64,000 bases of DNA from Basidiobolus meristosporus CBS 931.73 (taxonomy: Eukaryota; Fungi; Basidiobolomycota), in contig MCFE01000436.1 of assembly GCA_002104905.1 (NCBI GenBank), forward strand, positions 1 through 64,000, given 5' to 3'. Shown piece by piece: positions 1 to 13,770 of this stretch. Below the pieces are notes generated by a model. The model saw nothing but the letters and a program-made list of their open reading frames with translations. It was not told where the DNA came from and did not search any database. A program made the position numbers and the translations under genes. Each line of letters starts with the position of its first letter. Within the stretch, counting starts at the first letter, position 1.

Positions 1-2299
1 ATGAAATATAAGTTAACTTGCATAGATTTTGATCTCTGATATCCAGAGCAATATGGGCACCATTTTGATCAGTGATCTGGCATCCAGAATTGTCAAAGCT
101 GAAACTGAGCCCTTCTGCTGTGGCCTAGCTTACAGATAGTAGGTTCTTGGCTATTTCTGGTACAAAGAGCCCTTCTTGAAAGGCTAATGTATAGCTTCCT
201 ACACTGCTTCTAAGGTTTAACTGGATATTTCCTTCTCCCACTGCATCAAGTGTTCCATCAGCACCCATAAGAACCTTCTTAATTGGAGTTTCCTGACATT
301 GGGTAAAATGTTTTTTTTGGTGTGTAAAGTATTGAGATACTCCAGCTTCAATGTATCACACCTGAGAATCCTTATTTGTGGTGACACTTAGTGCAAATAT
401 GAGTAGTCTATCTGCAGTTGTTGCAGCATTTCCATATTTAGACTTCTTTTGCTGATTATCTCTCTTTTTGAGACACTGGTCTGATGTGTGTCCTTTCCTT
501 TGAAGTAGTTGCAAAACAGGTTGCTGTTGCCTTTGTAGGGTTGTTGGTACCTCTTTTGTTGGTTATCATTGCTTATTAAAGCATTTTCTTCTTCCTTCTT
601 ATTGGCGCTTGATTTTCATAATTCTTCATCCAGGAGCCTTCCATATACATAACTTAAAGTCAAATCTTCAGTTGTGCCTCTAGGGTTGATACATGGCCCT
701 GAGATTTGTCTGTCAGGCTATTCAGGATGGTAACTATCACGTCCTGATCAGTAGTTGGTACACCCACAGATTCCATTCATCCACCACAGGGCAATTCTGT
801 GAATTAGATTTTTCATTTCTTCTCCAGGCAGCATCTTTGTAGTAAAGACTTTATGTCTCTGATAAATATCTTAGCAGCTGAGCATGACTGGTAGGTGTCT
901 TCAAATGCCTTTCAGGCATTCTTTGCTGTTTTTGCTCTTGAGCATTGAATTAGCAATTTGTCTATAACATTAAGACAAATGCAGTTAAAGGCACTTTGTT
1001 CTTTCTTCTGGTATTTGAAGGCTCTCTCTCCCATGTGTTTAGGAGGGCATTATTCTCCAATGGCAATATCCCAAAGGCCTCTTTCTTGTTGGAGCATTTT
1101 CATCTTCACCTTTCATACTTAGTAATTAGATCCATATAACCTTTCAGCAAAGGGAAAAAATCCAGTAATAGCAGTGGTGAACATTGCAGAAAGTGACAGC
1201 TTGGGGTTCATAACCTGTTGTAAGAGTGCTGGAGATATAGGAAGTGACTGGGAGGATAAGTAAAATAAGTGATTAGACTTGTTTTGTTGTATAGTGCCAC
1301 ATTGAGCCAGGAGTGTCAAATGATGCCATAGTGTGCTAGGGAGGCTAAGTGTGCCTATACTTGGTCACAGAGTGTGAAACATAGCTCTACGTTTTCATGC
1401 AGAGCAGCCCACGTGCTTCACCCATTGTGCTGGAGAAAATCCATTTGTTGACCTTTTTGTTAGATCAGTGTTGTGCAGGATGCGTAAGAACACAAGCAGA
1501 TTGAAGTTACGCATCTGGTACTCAATACCCATGGCACTCTAAATCTAGCTCCTGTGGCTTGTAAAATATCACAAAAATGCACGGCACTATCATGGTCCAT
1601 TGGTCCTATCTTGCACTATATTTATTTATTAGCCCTATAGTAACAACTATACCAAGCACTTATAGTGCCAGATTGTACCAGTGGACCAAGATAGCACCAT
1701 GCATTTTTGTGACATGTTACAGGCCACAGGAGCTAGATTCAGAGTGCCATGGGTATTGAGTGCCAAATGCATATCTTCAATCCTTTTGTGCTCTTACATA
1801 TCCTGCACAATGTTGATCCACAAAAAAGGTCAAAAAATGGATTTTCTCCTGCACAATGGGCAAAGCACAGGGGCTGCTCAGCATGAAGATGCAGAGCTAT
1901 GTTTCACACTCTGTGGCCAAGTATAGCCTCACTTAGCCTTCCTAGCACACTATGGCATCATTTGGCACTTATGGTGCAATGTGACACTATACAACAGAAC
2001 AAGTCAACTATTGTTCAATGATTTCTTTGACATAAAACTGGTACTTATACTTTTCCATGGTCTAGGCATTACAAACACGTAGAATAGGTTAGGAAGGTAC
2101 CAAGAACATCTGTGCAAAGTTTGGGGCTGTTTGGACAACTTTGAGAATTTTCATGTTCTGGGTACCCTGGTATTTTAGTGAAGATATTCTAACTAAATTC
2201 CAACAGGGAATTTGGTCAGTATTCTCTAGGATTTGAAGGTAATGATCTAAGTGACTAAGATAGGTGAATATTTAGGTGGAATTTCAAATTTTCACAACA
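1..2299 (-). mobile_element. Degenerate Ty1/Copia element, 5' part (gag-protease remnant plus 5' LTR at 1216-2299, split by a MITE)
   Basis: Colinear with the Copia gag/PR at 56311-57517 but with stops. PBS-like GGTTATGAACCC lies next to the LTR edge TGTTGTAAG at 1216, and the LTR ends in ...CACAACA at 2299. Confidence 0.9.
1275..2006. mobile_element. Foldback MITE copy 1 (PHIS-type termini)
   Basis: Begins AGACTTGTTTTGTTGTATAGTGCCACATTG and ends CAATGTGACACTATACAACAGAACAAGTCA. Inverted arms of ~340 bp flank a ~40 bp AT-rich spacer. Flanks are ATT/ACT. Confidence 0.85.
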
Positions 2300-2399
2300 C
2301 AGAAATCGTATCACTCTGGCCAGAAGAAGAAGAGTCAACCCCAACTCTTCAATTTAATATTCAGCAAGCCTAGAAAAAAGCTAAGCCCTTCCAAGGAAA

Positions 2400-2937
2400 A
2401 GTGTCTGCACCATTCCAGAGTTCAGTATTTTGCTAAAGACCCCACCTGGTGAATCAACAAGGAGGAGGCAATACCCAATCTCATACCCATGCCAACACTT
2501 AGTTGATGAAATAGTGTAAAGGGGGCTGGCAATGGAATTACCAATCAAGCCTCTGTCAACACAACACTCAATAGCCCTTTGATGCTTGCACCTAAGAAAG
2601 ACACTGATGGAAATATAACTGTGAAGTGAACCTGCTTGGACCCCAGATCTCTGAGCATGCTTCTTCCAGATAATTAATATCCAACTCCATAGGTCCAGGA
2701 TATCTTTTCCTCACTATTGGGAGCAGAAGTATTCTCCAAGTTGGACCTGATGGATGCAGATTACTGGTTCTGGATCCATCCTGTCCATTAGCATAAGACT
2801 GCCTCTGCTGGGATTGATATGCAATGGATGTTTTGAGGAGCTCCCTTTGGCCTAAAGACGCTAACTAGCAATTTCCAGTGAGTCATGACTATAATACTCA
2901 AAAAGGAGTCATATGCATAGGTGTTTGTTGATGACAT
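2400..2937 (+). pseudogene. Gypsy family C reverse transcriptase remnant (up to the YxDD motif)
   Basis: Reads ...GAEVFSKLDLMDA...HKTA...FVDDI with stops and shifts. It appears to continue at 9933-10385. Confidence 0.7.
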
Positions 2938-3354
2938 TGTGGTGGTGTATAGGTCCAAGGGAGAGATACGTTCAACACTTCTCAAGTGTTTTGTGTGTGG
3001 GGTGTTCACTTAGTCCAATAACCTCTGGCAAAAGCTTGCTAGAAATACTTGGGTTCTGTCTCTAATCTAATGCAAAGGGGTACAAAGCCACAAGCTTGTC
3101 AAGGGAAAACTATTGAGCTACAATCCCCAACTTTTTAAGTGAGGGGTAACTTATGCAATAAGGTAAGCAGGTGTGATAGTCAACTGGCTTATGGGATAGT
3201 ACTGATTGGGTAAGACAAATGGGATAAAACTAAATAAATGTAGTAGAGATATAGGGAAGTAGAAAATAAGGGAATGAGCACATCTGTCAGTGGGTGTCAC
3301 TGCCACCCCACTACATCCACCCCCCTCTCAGCTTTGAACTTGGGTCAAAGAAAA

Positions 3355-6300
3355 CTAATCTTGATGTGCAAAATTCCTATGCTTGAATAGCTTGAGTTGG
3401 TTTCTAGCAACTGGTGCTCTCAACTGGGTGTTGTCAAGCTCAGATATGTAATAACTTCCATTTCCAATCACTTTGCAAATGAGGTAGGGGCCAGGCCATT
3501 TGTTGTCAAACTTCCAACTCCATTGTTTGTTCAAGGTGGAATCATAGAGTAATACTGGGTCTCCTAGTGATAGTGGTTTTGGTCTTGTTGGGAGTGATTT
3601 GTCAAAGGGCACCTTGTTCTTCCGTTGTGTATCCTTAAGTTGTTCAGCAGCTCTGCTGATATTCAAGTCATGGTGATCAAGTTGCTGTATGCAAGTTGCC
3701 AGGAGGTCTTCAGTCTGCATATTGGATCTCCAATTCAATGAGTTCCAAGTGACTGTGTTTAACTCAACTAGTAGTATGCAGTCATGTCCATAGAGTAGTT
3801 TGAATGGCAACAATCCAGTTGCTCTCTTGGTAGCAATTCTATCTGCCCAGAGTGCAAGATGTAATTGCTGTGGCCACAGTGTTGTGTTATTCTCACAGGT
3901 CTTGACAAGAGAGTTCACCAATGGTCCATGCCCTCTCTCTATCATTCCACTGGCTTGAGGGTGGTAAGCTGTTATAAAAGCAATGTGGATCTTGTACTTT
4001 GAGCACAACTCCTGGATCATTAGGGATGTCATCTCTCCTCTGTCAGCAACAAACTGTTGGATGCAGCCAAATCTGCAGATGATGTCTTCAAGTATAAATC
4101 TCCATATGGTATGGCTCTTGTTGTTGGGCAAGGCTTGAGCCTCTGCCCATCCACTAAGGTCATCTCTAGCAACAATCAGGTACTTTTTTGATCCAGCTGT
4201 TAGCATGTGGACAAGGTCAATACCAACCTCTTGCCATAGACAGATTGTGGAAGTAGGATGCAGTGGTTCTTCATAATGCTTGGAGGATCTCTTCTGGCAG
4301 GCTACACATGACTCAACAAAGTGTTGGATATCATAGTACATGTTTTCCCAGTAGTACCTCTGAGCTGTGGTATTGTAGGTGGCTTCTTGTCCTCTATGTC
4401 CTCCTGGTTCTCCTTGGTGGATACTTGTGATGATGTTCAGTTGCTCTTGAGGGGTAGTGACTACTCTTCTTGGCATAAGTCCAGGCTTCACTTGCTTAAA
4501 GAGAAGATCATCTTTGAGATAGTGGTGGTGTGCCTTCTGCCTGAGTTTTCTTAACTCCTGAATTTCCATCCAACTAGGTTTCTTAGGTGTCCTTAGATAT
4601 TCCTTGATCAGACTCCATGTAGTTCTCTCTTGGTCTTTGATGGCAATCTGTCGGATCTCTGCATCAATAATATCATCAAAGTGAGGGTCCAAGTCTTCAA
4701 ATAATTGTGGTCACTTCCTGAGAGTGCATCAGCCACAACATTTGTCTTGCCAGGGATATGTCTGACCTCAAAGTCAAACATTTTCAGCCATGCCATCCAT
4801 TGGTTTGTGTCATCATCAGGTAGGTCAGGCTTGTTGATCATTCCTATAAGTGGCCTGGCATCTGTCTCCAGGATGAAATGTGTCATGTAGAGTTGTGACT
4901 TCAGTTTCCTCAGCATCTTCACAACTCCTAGCAGCTCTCTCTTAATCTGTGAGTATCTTTGTTCTCTAGGAGAGAATAGGCAGCTCTCATATCTGCAGGC
5001 ATAGCGGTTGCCGTCTTTGTCATCTTGGCCAAGTAGTGCTCCAGCTCCTATAGGGCTTGCATCCACTGTCAAAGTAGGTGAGCATTTAGTGTTCTGATAG
5101 TCAAGAGGTCTTAGAACTGGTGGAGATACCAAGGCCTCTTTCAGTAATTGCATGGCTTTGTCTTGCTCTTCTCCCCAGACAAATGGGGTATTCTTTCTCT
5201 GTAGTCGGTAGATTGGTTCTGCTATCTCAGAAAATCTTGGGATCCAGATCCTAAAGAACCCACAAGCTGCTACAAAGCCACAAGCTTGTGTTAGATTTGT
5301 GGGGGTAGGCCAGTTGCATATCTTTTGTGTCTTGGAGTCACCAGGTGAACAACCAAAGGTGTTGCATTTTTGTCCAACAATGGATATCTCTGATACACCA
5401 AAGCTGCTTTTCTCACCACTGATGGTGAGTCCAGCTTCTTCAATGGCTCCTAATATGGCATCATTGTCTGAAATATGGTCATAGACAAACCTTCTTACTC
5501 CAGGCATAACTTCAGTGGTGTCCCGGAATTTTGGTCCTTTGATGCCTATGTCATCCACAAAGACAGCAAGTTTCTCAGGTATAAACTGATACAGCACATT
5601 TATCATGCATCTCTGGAACTGAGCCACAGAGTTTGTAGCCCCTTGGCTGAGTCTTGTCATCCTTAACAGTCCAGATGGTGTCTGTAGTGCAAACATATCT
5701 CTTGATGTCTCATCAAGGGGAATCTGGTCATATCCTGAGTAGAGATCATATATTGAGTTGATGGAGTGGTCACTAAAGCTTTCTGCAAAGTCATCAATAG
5801 ATGGGGGTATAGCAGCATCTCAGATAGTGACAGCATTTGCAGGTTGCATGTCTTGAATGATTTGGAGCTTTCCATTCTTCTTTTTGGTCACAAACCATCT
5901 GTTAGCATAAGGTCCATGGCAAGGTTCTAGGATACCAGCTTCTATCTTCTTCTTAAGTAGGTCATGCACATCAGCTTGGAGTCCTCTGGGCAGTGGGTAA
6001 GGCTTAAATGACCAGGGTGTGTGGGGCACCGTATGAATCTTGATGGGTTTTTCAATGGATGTCTTTAAGAGCCCCATCTCCTTGTCATTATATGAGAAAG
6101 CCTTATCATGCCTTTTCAAGGTTTCTTCAAATAATAGTATCTCCTCTGGTGTAAGGTTTCCATCACCAATGATAAGTTGCTTAAGTCTCTCAGGTGTAAG
6201 TCATGTATCTTCTGGTGTTTCTTCTGGTGGTCTAATATAATCAGCAGGTCAAGATCCATCAGTCAAAGGTGTAAGTGATGGTCTAATCTTTTGTTCTACT

Positions 6301-7664
6301 GTCTTGTATTTTGTCCACACCATAGCAGTCTGCTCCTGTATACCTATTGAGCAGCTCCAAATGTTGGGGTGTATATTGTCATGCTCCTCATCATCTTCCA
6401 TAACAAGATGTGTCTTCTGGCAAGCAGTATGTGTCCTCTTATTGTTGGGTGTTACACCACAGAAAGATGACTGTAGTCCTGGGTTGGATCCTTGTATGGT
6501 GTACCATACTGACCCATTGGAATAGTTGGTAGTTGTAGCCTTAGTACTGGCTTCCCATGGTCTACCTAGCAGAAGGTCAAAGTTTGCCTTCTGGCAGATG
6601 AAGAGGGGAAGCCAGACCTTGATTCCTTGTTCCTCAACATGGAACTTGTGCACTACACCATAGAGTGGACTAGATCCTGAGCTTGCATTAGTCATGTTCC
6701 ATCCAATATCTCTATCAATGGGCAGTAGCTCCTTGCTTCTCAGTGTCTTCCAGAAGTCTTGTGGCATTACACAAATCTCTGAGCCACTGTCAATATGGCA
6801 GTCAACAGGGTCATCATATATATACCCTTTCACCACAGCAGTTGCAACTGAGTAAAAGGTCTTACATTCAGTGGTGTTGTCATCTTTTTGGTGGTCTTCA
6901 TGGTTTGTCTGATTTATATGGGTGTCCATATGTTCAACAGCTTGTTGTCTTGTTTTAAGCTGCTCATCAAAGGTCTTCCTAACAGATGGGGATACACTTG
7001 TGATTTCTCCAACCAACAAAGTGAGGTTCTGCTTCAGCAGCTTCTCAGTAATCAGTTGAGGGCTTGAGTAGCTTGCTATCTTTGAGGTCATCTGAATGTG
7101 AGGCAATGGATCTTGGGTGGGCAGCATACTAGGCCTCTTGTCAATAACAACTTCAGGTTCTTCAAATCATGGTCTTCTAAGGATAGGTTTGGCAGGTTCT
7201 TCAGGGAGGTGTCTTTTGGTAGCAAAGGCATCAACTTTGTATTGTCTGTTGTCAGGGCTGCTTGGATTCACTTTATGAGTCCCAATACAGGCCTCAACAG
7301 TAATCTTTCTGGTTGCTGAGTCAGATTTCTGGAAAAGGGCTCTCATCCCTCCTCTTTGGAAATTATTGGAAAGTCCAGTTCTTCCAAAGTGTCTGAGGTC
7401 TTCAATTCTATAGTATATCTGGGGTCTACCATACTTGGTCTGTAGGTAGGTCTTCATTAAGGCCCAGTTAGTGAGAATGTCTCCTTGTCTGAGAAGCTTA
7501 GTGGCAATATTGTTGGTGCAGTAGTAGGGGAAGTCTTCAGCCATTTCTTGTTCAGATAGGCCGCACATTTTGCAGAGCTTCTCCCATTTGAATATGAAGC
7601 TTTCCACATTCTTTCCATCAAACTGTGGGGCTCCATGTGAGAGTGGTAATGGCATAGAGTTCAT
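3355..7664 (-). pseudogene. Gypsy-A gag-pol polyprotein, with in-frame stops and one frameshift near 4700
   Basis: ORFs 7167-7664, 6249-7127, 5820-6119 and 4608-5696 share one frame. Motifs: PR DSGSEI, RT FVDDIG, RNase H TVDASPIG/ETDARP, integrase HHCC, D,D35E and GPY (3355-4692). No chromodomain. Confidence 0.92.
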
Positions 7665-7783
7665 TTTGGGCAGGTAGGTTGGTGTTGTAATCTTGATAAT
7701 ATTGGTAGTCTCTTTTCATTAAGGGGATAACAGCTCAAATCTTCAGGTAAATCTTGTTGGGTCCTAGGGAGCTTGTATGAACC

Positions 7784-7800
7784 CCCCACGTTGGGTGCCA
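7784..7800 (-). other. Primer-binding site of Gypsy-A, tRNA-Lys-like
   Basis: Minus strand reads TGGCACCCAACGTGGGG, 4 nt from the LTR end. It differs from the tRNA-Lys1,2-type PBS TGGCGCCCAACGTGGGG only by a CG>CA change. Confidence 0.75.
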
Positions 7801-8875
7801 AATATGTGGTGGTGTATAGGTCCAAGGGGGAGATATGTCCAAAACTTCTCAAGTGTTTTATGTGTGGGGTGTTCACTGGGTGCGGTAACCTCTGGCAAAA
7901 GCTTGCTAGGAATACTTTGGTTCTGTCTCTAATCTAATGTGAAAGGGAATAAAGCCACAAGCTTGTTAAGGGAAAACTATTGAGCTACAATCCCCAACTT
8001 AGTTGGTGTCTTAACAAAAGTATATGCTGGGTTTAGCGTCCTTTGAGATGACAATGTACTAAAGCTTCCAAAGTCAAAACAACTGTAAACTCCACCAGCA
8101 GGGACTTGATAAGAATGCAGCTGTGGTCAATAGTTACAAAGACAGAAAAGTATCTTTACCTGTACAAGAACAAACTTGGGAAAGAATCAAATATAATAAA
8201 AGATACCTACTCTGAATATTCCTAACAAGTAGTGCCTCCAAGGTCAGTTGGCTGTCAGCGTGGCTTCCTGGGAGTATCCTGTGGTCTGGGGTTGGAAGTT
8301 CAGGTAGCAGCAGGTAGCAGTGATCACACTAATCAACAAGTTGGTATATTGATAAAAGGGATGATGATTTATTGTTGAGGGATAGCCTCCCTTATATACT
8401 TCTCTTACTGGCCAAGGTATTACTAATCATGGTGTTCCAGAAGGCTCCGGATACCAATAGAAATCTTAATTACATCGGAATGACCTAAGAATGTTCTAAG
8501 TAGGTGCTGGAAGGTTCTAAGAGGCACATCACATCCAACCAATCAGGAATCAGTATTCTGAGACCTGTGTAACATAGGGATACCATGTATGGTATGGGAA
8601 TGGTAGGGATGGTGACACAGGTTGATCAGGTGTCACGGGTACTGGTGTGGGTACCTGCCTAATATAGAAGCACTTATAGCTAGTAATCATACATAAAGTG
8701 AGGGGTAACTTATGAGATAAGGTAAGTAGGTGTGATAGTCAACTGGCTTATAGGATAGTACTGATTGGGTAGGACAAATGGGATAAAACTAAAATAAATG
8801 TAGTAGAGATATAGGGAAGTAGAAAATAAGGCAATTAGCACATCTGTCAGTGGGTGTTACTGTCACCCCACTACA

Positions 8876-9932
8876 GCATAAAAGTCCAAGGGAGAGATAT
8901 GTCCAACACTTCTCATGTGTTTTGTGTGTGGGGTGTTCACTGGGTGCAATAACCACTGACAAAAGCTTGCAAGGAATACCTGCATTCTGTCATTACTCTA
9001 ATGTGAGAGGAATAAAGCCACAAGTCTGTCAAGAGAAAACAAATGAGCCACAATCCCCAACTTAGTTGGTGTCTTAACAAAAGTATGTGCTGGGTTCAGC
9101 ATCCTTTGCAATGACAATTTACCAAAGCTTCTAAAGTCAAACAGCTGAAAACTTCACCAGCAGGGACTTGATAAGAATGCAGATCTGATCAATAGTTAAA
9201 AAGATAGAAAAGTATCTTTGCCTGAACAAGAACAAACTTGGGAAAGAATTAAATGTAATAAAAGATTCCTGCATTGAGTATTCCTCATAAGTAGTGCCTC
9301 CAAGGTCAGTTGGCTATCAGCATAGCTTCCTGGAAGTGTCTTGTGGTGTGAGATTGTAAGTTCAGGTAGCAGCAAGTAGCAATGATCACAGTAATCAAGA
9401 AGTTGATATATAGATAAAAGGGATGATGACTTATATTTGAGGGATTGCCTCCCTTTTATGCTATTCGCACTGGCTAAGTGATTATTAATCATGGTGTTCC
9501 AGAAGGTTCCAGAAATCAATAGAAATCTTGATGACATTAGAATGAGCTAAGAATGTTTCAAGCACATGTTGAAGGTACTAAGAGACACAGCACATTCAAC
9601 CAATCAGGGATCAGTATTTCACACCTGTGTAACATAGGGCTACCATATTTGGAATGAAATTGTAGGGGTGGTGACACAGCTTGATCATATGTCAAGGGTC
9701 CTGGAGTGGGTACCTGCCTACTATAGAAGCACTTACTTCTAGCAACTTTACATAAAGTGAGGGATAACTTATGCAATAAATATGTTGGTATCACGGTCAG
9801 CCAATATATGGTATAGTACTGATCAGATAAGACAAATAGGATAAAACTAAAATAAGGGAAGTAGAGTAATAGGGAAGTAGAGAATATGGGAATGAGCTAT
9901 ATGTTGGTGAGTATCAATGTGACCCCACTACA
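8876..9932 (-). repeat. Second, more diverged Gypsy-A LTR in direct tandem
   Basis: Aligns along its whole length to 7812-8875, ends CCCCACTACA at 9932, and lacks the first few LTR bases. Confidence 0.85.
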
Positions 9933-10385
9933 CCATGATGGCCATGCAACTCATGTTTTTGATGTAATCAATTGACTGACAGCTGCTACACAAATTCTTA
10001 ATGCGGAAATGTGCACTTTTGCTTGCCTCAAAATCAATATACTTAGATTCATAGTCACACCAGCTGGCCACCTATTAGACCCTTTCAAAACTGGTCAATA
10101 TTCCAAAATGGCCAAAACCCACCAGCACCAAGCAACCTTAACATTATCTTGAAGTATCTAACTATTTTAGGGAACACATACCACTCATGTCTTTATTGAG
10201 TGCCCCTTTAGATGCATTATGCAGTAGCCTTGATCTTCCCTCAACTTGTAACAAGACTCATGACCAAGCCTTTGAATTGCTCTGCAAACTGCTTCCACAG
10301 GCACCCACTTTATCCAACCCAGACTTCACTATGCCCTTGGTTGTTGCTACAGGTGCATTTAATGTTAGGTTTGGGCCAGTCCTCT
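9933..10385 (+). pseudogene. Gypsy family C RT thumb / RNase H start remnant
   Basis: Reads HDGHATHVFDVIN*LTAATQILNAEMCTF, then LSNPDFTMPLVVATGAFNVRFGPVLS (degenerate F.V.TDAS...GAVLS). Confidence 0.7.
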
Positions 10386-11269
10386 CACTATGAAAAATAA
10401 TTTGGTCCCATGGGTGGATCCAATCTGGATCAGCCATCAAGATCCTGTTTAGAGACCATCATAATAGCAGCAGCTTGGAATTAGTGACCCTTGTAAAAAT
10501 CTTATGATGGGATCATGACAGTGTTTTGCTAATTTTACAACCAAATAAAGGGATAAAACTTAACAATATTCTATTGGTGCTGTGACAATATTTGCATGGC
10601 ATTGTTGCGGTCTTTCAGCACTCTATAACTATTTTCAGTGTATCCAGTCAGCCAGGACATCCAATTGCCTTATATGGCAAGAAACTTGATGGTATTTTGA
10701 CAGCCTCACAGCTAGACTCCAATGGCATTATATTAGTAGTACCACAGGTTCTGTATAAGGCTACTGTACTAATTTACCAAATGGTATTTGCTTTTGCTAC
10801 CTCACCTTGTGCAATTCATATATTCCACTGTAGAATCACCCGTTTTTATTTGCTTACCCACTACTACCTTGGGTATTCCACATATAGCTTGAATCAAAAA
10901 TAACTATGGCCTCCTGCTTACTAACCTATACAAACATGCACACCTGCCGCAATTGACATATATCTATCACCTTAACTTTACAGCTGTTCAGTGTGATACT
11001 TGCAAAGTTGCCATATACATTGTACTGCTGGTAACACATACGTCTTGCAGACATATGCTTGGTTGTTGCCACTTCTGCCACAAATACCTCCTGAATTGCT
11101 GCAAAGAGCTTCTTGGTATTTAGCCAATACATTCCTTCTCCCTGCTGGATTTGAGTCCCCCTTATAGGTGTGCTCTGGCTTTTCTTTGTGTGAGTTCTGT
11201 ATAGAATGGTGTAGAAGATGGCTTGTGACCATGAGAAATCCAGCGTATCTTGGTAAAGTTTTCCTGATA

Positions 11270-13580
11270 AAAATTAGTTGCTTGTTGAACCCAACCCAAC
11301 TTTGCTTTACTTAACTGATTGCCCACGCATTGGGGCTGCTTAGCTTCTTAATGCAATTGACATAGGTGTCTCCATGTGCACATTTGTCCTCAGTAGTTTC
11401 CAACTCTTTCTGGCTGTCCTCCATGTGCCAGCTCATCACACACATGACAGACTTTAAGATAATATTCTTGATGCAATTGGGATATGGTAGCACCTGCAAC
11501 TTAGCTTGTCTTCCTATCTCCCCACACATCTGTTGTGGTAGGGTAAATATGCCTCCCACAGACAAGTTTATTCATATAGCTACTATATTGTACTTAACCA
11601 TATTTTAACTTATCAGTAGCAGCAGAGACCTATGCATTCAGCTTTATGTTTGTAGTATAGTCGCTCAAATCCCATCACAAACTTCTCACACAACAGCTGT
11701 AGATGAGTCAAGCTGGTATTGATGATCTGCTTCTAGATAAATATTCCTTCAATGTCCACATATGACTCCCAATGCTTCCAATGTACACTTGGTAGAAATG
11801 GCTTCAGAATGCCACCTGAATAAATACATAACCGGTTCATCAAGTCTTTACATTTGTATTGTTGTATATGCAAATGAACATTAATTGGAGCCTGTGAGAA
11901 GTACTTAGGGTAGTGTATACTCTGTAATATCTTGCCAATTCTGTCAAATATCTCCGGCATCTCAAAGGGCTCATTTAGCTTGAAATGCCCCATGTACAAT
12001 TTGGTCATCAGTATAGGGATATTGTTGAAAAGCAAATGCATTGCTCCCAGTAGAAAGCTTTTGCTCCAACAGATACCTACCCTCTATCTTGGGTATTTCT
12101 GGGTTCCAATTCATTCCATATTTTGGCTAATGGCTTATAGCTTGCCAACTTTGCTGCAATTGCGTGCTTAATACTGTACATTCTCTCTGTGGAAAGATGA
12201 TGTTCTTAGCACTGGTGTTTGGGTAATAATAATGCGTGTGAGTTATGGAGTGAATCCCCTGGATCTCACATATTTGTCAGCAATACCATCCATTGTGCAT
12301 GGAAAAACCTGCTATCTTGCTGATAGCTGGGGTATCTCCCATGCAGATACTAATATGTGATAGTCATGACATCCATTTACCATTATCCTGCTGGAAAGCA
12401 TACAAGATTCATCTAGCAATGGATACAGGTAGCTATCCAGGTTGGACAGTGATCTAGGCCCAGACACCAGTGAGACTACCATCAGATTATTGCTCTGATA
12501 CTGTAAGATGGGCAGCAGATTCAGATTAATGAGAATCAGTGCCCAGCAGGATTTGCTGGTAGAGTACTTGTTTAATGAGAATCTATCAAGTGCTAAAGCA
12601 AAGGAATGTTCATACAAACCTTCAAAGTAGCCTTTGCTTCTTAGCTGTTTGTAATGTTTGCCATCAAACATACTGGATATGTTTGCACTTGATGGATACT
12701 AAGCATGGTACTCTATAGCTTTGCAATACTTGTTGGACTGCATCAGCTTCCTCAGATGGAGTATAACCAGAATACAACTGGAGTGTGAACAATGCTTTCC
12801 CTCAATGGTAGTGGATTCCTGGCAATTTGGACACGTTGCAATGGTAGCATTTTTGGATGTGAATGTCATGCAACTGTAAACACATGCTGGAATCAGGACA
12901 GTCTCTAGATCATATGTTGCCAGCCCCATGATGGTTGTCCACTAGTGACATGTACTTGGCAAGTAGCATCTTGGTATGATTTTGGCAAGAAGCAGTAATA
13001 AATCCTTAAAGCCACCATTATTGATATTAGTGGAAACATGCCACTTCTCTAGCCAAGACATTACATCATTCACCAGTTGATGAATTACTGGGCTCACTTG
13101 ACTCCATAAAGCATCCTTGGTATTTGTTATAACAGGTGTTGTCTCATTGGATATAGGGATTTGACTGGGCTCATATGTGGTACTGTTATTAGGGGAAATA
13201 GGCTCAAAATCCATCAGTGAACCTTCTTTGTATGAGCCATCACTCTGTGTGCCATATTCAGAAGGCTGAGGTGTGCCTAAAGGCATCATAAGTTCACCTG
13301 ACTCAGTTTGCGCAGGGTGACAAAGACAGCCCAATGCCAATGTAGAAGTATCCACTGGCCAGCAAGATATTGTTGGTAAAGTAGTGACAAATAAATGGAC
13401 AAATATGACTTGGGTGGCAAAACGCTGGCCATGATCCTTGTAATACTTCCTATGCTGTCTGTGTGCTTCATGGCTGACAGGCTTGCCACAATAGCCACAT
13501 GGTCTTTTTCTCTTCTCTTACAGCATTGAGTCAAAGTAGTCTTGTCCATGGGGCAAACAGTTTGACCTTCAACAACATAA
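11270..13580 (-). pseudogene. CACTA (Tnp2/Transposase_21 plus DUF4218-like) transposase, fragmented
   Basis: Fragments include CGYCGKPVSHEAHRQH, CVYSC...CPNC, ALALDRFS...CWALILINLNL...SGPRSLSNLDSYLYPLLDE, MHLLFNNI and MCGEIGRQ. Confidence 0.75.
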
Positions 13581-13770
13581 CGCTATTATATCACTTTTTG
13601 GTCAGTACTTATATGAACTTAAGACAGTCTTATACTTGAGACATTGCACCTACATGAATGTAAGATTCAATGATGACTTGCCAAAGTAAGCATTATGAAT
13701 AAAGTTGTGACACCACATACACATGTATATGTAATGCAATTCCCCTTTGGTTTGACTCACTTCCTTATAT

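Larger units (their letters stand above)
2938..8875 (-). mobile_element. Ty3/Gypsy family A (Ylt1-like lineage by RT motifs), full-length but inactivated
   Basis: LTRs at 7805-8875 and 2938-3315 (the latter with an internal deletion of ~690 bp) have TGTAGTGG...CCACCACA ends. PBS at 7784-7800, PPT at 3316-3332, domain order gag-PR-RT-RH-IN. Confidence 0.92.
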
